DNA of 49,746 nucleotides, taken from a virus (taxonomy: Duplodnaviria > Caudoviricetes). The notes beneath the pieces were generated by a model. The model was not told the DNA's origin. It was given only the letters and a program-made list of their open reading frames with translations, and made no database searches. Both the position numbers and the translations under genes were made by a program. The DNA lies in the IMG/VR virus record IMGVR_UViG_3300020045_008243, positions 1 to 49,746 of that record. The stretch is one strand, 5' to 3'. Below are positions 45,472 to 49,746 of this stretch, one piece after another (position 1 is the stretch's first letter; every line of letters starts with the position of its first letter).

Positions 45472-45656
45472 AATCCCCTGTCTTCCGCTGTTAAGTCCCA
45501 ATCTTCCATGGCCTGCATCGCTTCATCAGGCGTCCGTATACCGGCTTTCGAAAACATACGGTCGTCTGATCCGAACACTTGAGGGAGTTCCATCCACCTG
45601 TAGGCAATCCACTCCTTCCGGGTTATGGTCGAAAGCTCTTTTATTTCTTCGCTCAT
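45468..45656 (-). CDS. Small hypothetical protein
   Basis: MSEEIKEL... translationally coupled to both neighbours. Confidence 0.55.
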   Translation of the reverse strand: MSEEIKELSTITRKEWIAYRWMELPQVFGSDDRMFSKAGIRTPDEAMQAMEDWDLTAEDRGL

Positions 45657-46063
45657 AATTTCACCGAAACCCTGTAATCCGAATGACAGGCCCAGGCCTT
45701 TTGCGTTCCGGCCGGTGTCGTATGTTCTTCGGTTGACGGCCCAACGGTATTCTGCCAACCCATATAAAGCAGTGTGAGCCCGGTTATTGTCAATGAGCAT
45801 TCATCAAAAAGCGTTTTCAAATATTCGGTAATCGTTTTGATCTCAGTCGATCCGGATGCCGTAGAAAACATGGAGAATTGAACCAGATAGTCTTCATGCT
45901 TTCCGGCGAACACATAATCCGGGGTGCTCGAAACAATCTTGTAAATGGCGTATGGATAATCAGCCCCTTCCGGCGCCTCATCCTCAAAAAACCTCCCCCC
46001 GATAGCCGTGCTGAAGCTCGATCCGGATATCTTGCTGTATATGGCTTTTGATAGCTCGATCAT
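45653..46063 (-). CDS. Tail completion/terminator protein (DUF3168-like)
   Basis: AIYSKI..IGGRFF.DEAPEGA.YPYA...VQFSMFS. Confidence 0.8.
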   Translation of the reverse strand: MIELSKAIYSKISGSSFSTAIGGRFFEDEAPEGADYPYAIYKIVSSTPDYVFAGKHEDYLVQFSMFSTASGSTEIKTITEYLKTLFDECSLTITGLTLLYMGWQNTVGPSTEEHTTPAGTQKAWACHSDYRVSVKL

Positions 46064-46392
46064 TTCGATTCTTCCGCGGTCAAATCCAAATATCTTTCCC
46101 CCGGCCCCTTGTTGGCCTCAATCGGCGGTCCTATGATCGCCATGTACCGGTTACCGTGCTTAATCCGCATGTGCCCGGTAACCCCCGAGATGTACCTGAT
46201 CCGCCAGTTATGCGTAAGCTTCCCGGTGGTCTTCATCGATTCGATGGCCTCATTGCTTCGGAACGGGGTATCTTTCGCCCATACGGTTTTCCAATCGGCC
46301 CAAACAACCGTAAAATTCCCCATCCCGTCCGGGGTTCTGGTAACGTGCTGAAGCGTAATCCGCTTATCGAATATTTCAGGTCCTGGTGTCAT
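46060..46392 (-). CDS. Head closure / head-tail joining protein
   Basis: KRITLQ..TRTPDGMG..VW.DWKTVWA...THNWRIRY..GVT.HMRI. Confidence 0.88.
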   Translation of the reverse strand: MTPGPEIFDKRITLQHVTRTPDGMGNFTVVWADWKTVWAKDTPFRSNEAIESMKTTGKLTHNWRIRYISGVTGHMRIKHGNRYMAIIGPPIEANKGPGERYLDLTAEESK

Positions 46393-46402
46393 TTTTATTT
46401 CC

Positions 46403-46720
46403 TTACGCCCCTACAGTTGATCCGTCCGAAACCCATGTAAATTCGCCAACCGGGAAATGTGCATGGCAACCGCAGCAAAACGTACCTGAATAAAATGATG
46501 GATCTCGCGCGTAAGTTTCAGCGAGTGCAGGCCCCATTTTCGTTACCGTTCCGCATGTGATGTGTCGATAACTTGAACGAACTGGCCGCACATAACCCTT
46601 AGCCCTTTCAGCTTCAGAAAGAACAACATATCCTTTTTGCATCCCGGTTTTAGGGTCTATTTCCCTATGGTCGGAGGTCACTTCGCTACCATCGGTTAAT
46701 GTTGTTTCAGGCTTGGTCAT
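46403..46720 (-). CDS. Zinc-binding hypothetical protein
   Basis: H.TCG...TFCCGC..HFPVGEF. Confidence 0.65.
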   Translation of the reverse strand: MTKPETTLTDGSEVTSDHREIDPKTGMQKGYVVLSEAERAKGYVRPVRSSYRHITCGTVTKMGPALAETYARDPSFYSGTFCCGCHAHFPVGEFTWVSDGSTVGA

Positions 46721-46962
46721 TTTTTTATTTCCTCTCCAACCTTAAATTGAAAACATGCCTCATCATACGGAAACAGCATCGATCGAAAAAAGCCCTCAAT
46801 ATCGTGAAGCATGGATATCAAAAATTCAAACGGATACCATTTCGCGCAACACAGGAAATCAGGATCGTTTGGGGCCATCCATACCGGTATGCAATAATAT
46901 GATCCGTGATGCGTCATCCCTGAATAAATGGCCTGCTTTTTTGTCATGTAGCCAAGCATCAT
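46717..46962 (-). CDS. Hypothetical protein
   Basis: Coupled ORF; GMTHHGSYYCIPVW. Confidence 0.6.
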   Translation of the reverse strand: MMLGYMTKKQAIYSGMTHHGSYYCIPVWMAPNDPDFLCCAKWYPFEFLISMLHDIEGFFRSMLFPYDEACFQFKVGEEIKK

Positions 46963-47291
46963 TGCCCCGCTAATTTACTAAAAACCTTTTTGGCCGATTC
47001 TCTTCTTTTCAAAAACTCCGGGTTTTCAGGATCATTGTTCCATCCAATATATTCCTTCGGGTTTTTGGATAAGGCGTTTTTCATGCGCCTAAACTGTTCG
47101 GCGTGTTGCCAAACTGCGCTGCATGTCAATATCCGCTTCTTGTTATTTTGCTCTGCCTCAGCAAGCCTTGTGAGTGCTATCGAATCGAAGGCCATGAGCG
47201 CATCCATCGCACATACCGCATACTTGAGATCGTCGTAATCTGGCTTGCCGCCATCTCTCGTAAGCTCTATTATTTCGCCGAGTGTCATCAT
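46959..47291 (-). CDS. Hypothetical protein
   Basis: Coupled ORF, 110 aa. Confidence 0.6.
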   Translation of the reverse strand: MMTLGEIIELTRDGGKPDYDDLKYAVCAMDALMAFDSIALTRLAEAEQNNKKRILTCSAVWQHAEQFRRMKNALSKNPKEYIGWNNDPENPEFLKRRESAKKVFSKLAGQ

Positions 47292-48223
47292 TAAAACTCA
47301 TCCCACAATATGTAAGAAGCGGTTTTCTTCTCTATCAACATGCCCAACACATCATGCCGGCTACCATTGTAAAAATCATCCTGAGCGGCAAATTTGACGG
47401 CCTGCTTCAGTTCCCGCGGCACACTTGCCGCCGCCGTCCACCCGCAAGTAAACCTGATCTTGATCGGGTTCGACGGGTAAAGGGTTCCGATCGGCCACGA
47501 TCCGCCGTAAGGCAACACGATCTTCCCGCACTGCTCGCCGTTGGTTTCAACCAGATAATCAGTGGTGACGGTCAAGGTCGTTTCGGTCCCGTCGCTGTCT
47601 TTCCACGAAACACTTGTCACGGTCGCAAGATTACCGAGCGGGAGTTTGATAAAATCCTTCGCCGGCCACTCATCAAGGTAATAATCCCATGTCGCCGTAA
47701 GCAGTTGCCGCCGGGTGATGTTTTCAACTTCTTTCCGCCCGCTTACGATGGCATCGTTCAGTTCATTATCGAGCGTCTGATCACCGGTGTACCGGGTGAC
47801 AGTGGTTCCGAAGTCGCATGTTGCCAAAAGCACTTTGGCTACGGTCCTGACATATCTTCTCGCGCCCGTGTATGGGATTTCTTGCGTCGCGTTGTCATTC
47901 ACGGTTGTTACCTGTGTGAATGCTCCCCCGGTCCAATCGGTCCAGGTGGTCGAATCGTCTGAATCCTGAATCTTGCAATCGACTGTGCCGGTCGCTCCGT
48001 TGGTTCCGGAAATGAGATTGACGATTGCTGTGTATCCCAGGACCTCGACGGCGTTTCCTGCATGCGTGGTATAATTATTCGCTATCGCCTTATTTCCCGG
48101 GGCGATGCTTTGAACCGTGTCGATCTCATCCGAGAACGCACCGCTGTCCAGGCGCAGGTGCAACTTCAAATCTGCGAGGCTGATTATTTCTAATGTCGGT
48201 TCTGTGTAGATTTGTACTTTCAA
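47291..48223 (-). CDS. Head-tail connector (gp6/gp15-like) with an inserted ~118-aa beta-sandwich domain
   Basis: EPTLEIISLADLKLHLRLD...[insert]...LNDAIVSGRKEVENITRRQLLTATW...VPRELKQAV. Confidence 0.85.
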   Translation of the reverse strand: MKVQIYTEPTLEIISLADLKLHLRLDSGAFSDEIDTVQSIAPGNKAIANNYTTHAGNAVEVLGYTAIVNLISGTNGATGTVDCKIQDSDDSTTWTDWTGGAFTQVTTVNDNATQEIPYTGARRYVRTVAKVLLATCDFGTTVTRYTGDQTLDNELNDAIVSGRKEVENITRRQLLTATWDYYLDEWPAKDFIKLPLGNLATVTSVSWKDSDGTETTLTVTTDYLVETNGEQCGKIVLPYGGSWPIGTLYPSNPIKIRFTCGWTAAASVPRELKQAVKFAAQDDFYNGSRHDVLGMLIEKKTASYILWDEF

Positions 48224-48266
48224 TTACTTTCCTTTTGGTTCTTTTTTCTTAGAGTTACGTGGCTTG

Positions 48267-49718
48267 TTACCAAGTAGCTATGCTTGCTCTCATCCATGTA
48301 TCAGCGGCAACACACAAATAAACATAACTTGTATCAAACGCTATTTGCCCGGCTGTCCCTGTTGCCGCAGCAGTAGCAGGCACGGCAACGGAAAACGTCA
48401 TATTTTGCCATGCACTCCACGTCGAGTCACCAGTTGCATACCTATAGCTGATCGGCTGGTTTTGTAACCCTCTAAAAATCTGATAGCAATATTTATGTGT
48501 ATTATCGTTTTGGTAATAACCGAAGACACTTCCGTAATCTGAAGGCCAGCTTACACTAGGAGCCGTAACGTTATAGAAATAATAGGCTTTGTTTACTATC
48601 CCGTAGGAACTGTTCAGCTCACTCGGAGTCGGATTGGTTGTAAATGTTCGCGCTTTTAAACTATATATTAATCCGGAAGATCCCACACCTAAATTATTAC
48701 CATTCGCTACCGTAGCGTAATCAGACAACGCCGACGCTGCAACCGGCCAACTAAAAATACCACTGTGAGTCGGATCACTATAAAGATTTATACCATCTGC
48801 GTTATATGAAATGTTGTTTATATATCTATTGGAACCTGTCCCGCTCCCAACCCTGATTATTGTTCTATCGCCGGTTGTTGACCCCCTGTTGTTTGAGATG
48901 GTTAAATTAAACAAAGAATCCGCGATGTAATAACAGTATGTCGCTGTAGCGGCGATGTGCGCATAGTTGCCATCTGCATAAATGTTTGGGGATAGAAACT
49001 CATACGGAGCAGAGCTCCCATTAGTAAGCGCAAGGACGCCTTCAAATTCGTTTTGCATAACATATGTAGTTGACGTCCCCTGAATCCTAATCGCACCGTT
49101 AAGGTTTGACATAATATTGTGCCGGATTAGAAGCGTTGCTGAACCAGCACTTTGAACAACATCAACCGCTCGCATATTCCCACCCGACATGTGGTTATCA
49201 AATATGTCGAGGCCATCCGCCGGCGCGTTTATTAAAACCCCGGTGCCATACCCTGATATAAGGTTATGCCCAATTGATAGCCTTGCGGTATCCGCTTGGA
49301 CATAAACACCGCCCCCTGATCCAGTAGCTAAGTCGCCAAAATCGCGTATCTCGCAATTTTTAATTTGTATCGAATTTCCGACTACCCCTGCCGTACCAAT
49401 AAAATTTACTGCCCAAGTGTTAGCTTCATTATCACCGTACATAACCAAGCTATCAATTTCAGAATTTTGCGCCAAGGCTGTGAACTCAAATAAATTAACC
49501 GTATCTCCAATTAGATGTATCTCAGATTTGTTGCCCCTAAAGGTCATATCAGACAAAACCTGTATCCCACCGGTTGTACGATACGCGACACTGGGCGGGT
49601 CGATGTAAATAAGGTTTATCCCGTACCCGTAATCCGCCGATGCAGCGGCCTTAATAGCTGCCGTGTCGTCACCCACTTCGTCCCCGACCGCTCCATACCA
49701 CTTAGGGTTTGTACCACC
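48267..49718 (-). CDS. Pectate-lyase-like beta-helix fibre/depolymerase, 5'-truncated
   Basis: NPKWYGAVGDEVGDDTAAIKAA continues upstream of the called start; beta-helix repeats; knob-like YQIF..YRY..TWSAW; terminal PATAAATGTAGQIAFD..YVYLCVA.DTW.R motif. Confidence 0.8.
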   Translation of the reverse strand, partial: GGTNPKWYGAVGDEVGDDTAAIKAAASADYGYGINLIYIDPPSVAYRTTGGIQVLSDMTFRGNKSEIHLIGDTVNLFEFTALAQNSEIDSLVMYGDNEANTWAVNFIGTAGVVGNSIQIKNCEIRDFGDLATGSGGGVYVQADTARLSIGHNLISGYGTGVLINAPADGLDIFDNHMSGGNMRAVDVVQSAGSATLLIRHNIMSNLNGAIRIQGTSTTYVMQNEFEGVLALTNGSSAPYEFLSPNIYADGNYAHIAATATYCYYIADSLFNLTISNNRGSTTGDRTIIRVGSGTGSNRYINNISYNADGINLYSDPTHSGIFSWPVAASALSDYATVANGNNLGVGSSGLIYSLKARTFTTNPTPSELNSSYGIVNKAYYFYNVTAPSVSWPSDYGSVFGYYQNDNTHKYCYQIFRGLQNQPISYRYATGDSTWSAWQNMTFSVAVPATAAATGTAGQIAFDTSYVYLCVAADTWMRASIATW

Positions 49719-49746
49719 TTATAAACTACGCACCCCCGCCCCGCCC

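Larger units (their letters stand above)
1..49746. mobile_element. Partial genome of a temperate lambdoid/HK97-like siphophage (excised form, intact attP)
   Basis: Integrase, attP, divergent repressor/cro switch, RecT, replication initiator plus loader, neck/tail/tape-measure genes and endolysin; no host housekeeping genes. Confidence 0.95.

Noticed and set aside
1-49746. Stop-codon recoding or phage selenoproteins, prompted by the selC target
   Set aside because: Genes are full length and densely packed under the standard code; no in-frame TGA splitting a recognisable domain was noticed

Overview
About 50 kb of a lambda/HK97-like temperate siphophage in its excised, non-integrated form, with an intact attP and phage genes on both sides. 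The host is probably a Gram-negative, selenocysteine-using bacterium with an exosortase; Desulfobacterota-like is an inference. A divergent immunity switch (8.0-9.4 kb) has four 17-bp operators. The leftward (-) operon carries cro-like, RHH, SNF2-helicase/MTase fusion, replication initiator, DnaC-like loader, VRR-NUC and HNH genes. The rightward (+) early operon carries a pentapeptide-repeat protein, BRO-KilAC antirepressor, Rad50-like ATPase, RecT, MBL nuclease, DUF5131, MmcB, SF2 helicase and tyrosine integrase, and ends at an attP matching the tRNA-Sec (selC) 3' end. The late (-) operon from 49.7 to 26.3 kb covers neck, tail and lysis genes plus three signal-peptide-bearing fibre-like proteins. 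Terminase, portal and major capsid genes are outside the window, and both window ends look chimeric. The most unusual features are two phage-encoded PEP-CTERM-like surface proteins, the exported fibre/beta-helix trio, a two-domain glycosyltransferase inside the tail module, a stand-alone major-capsid A-domain-like gene next to int, and a head-tail connector with an inserted cement-like domain. All family calls come from motif recognition by eye; no database searches were run.
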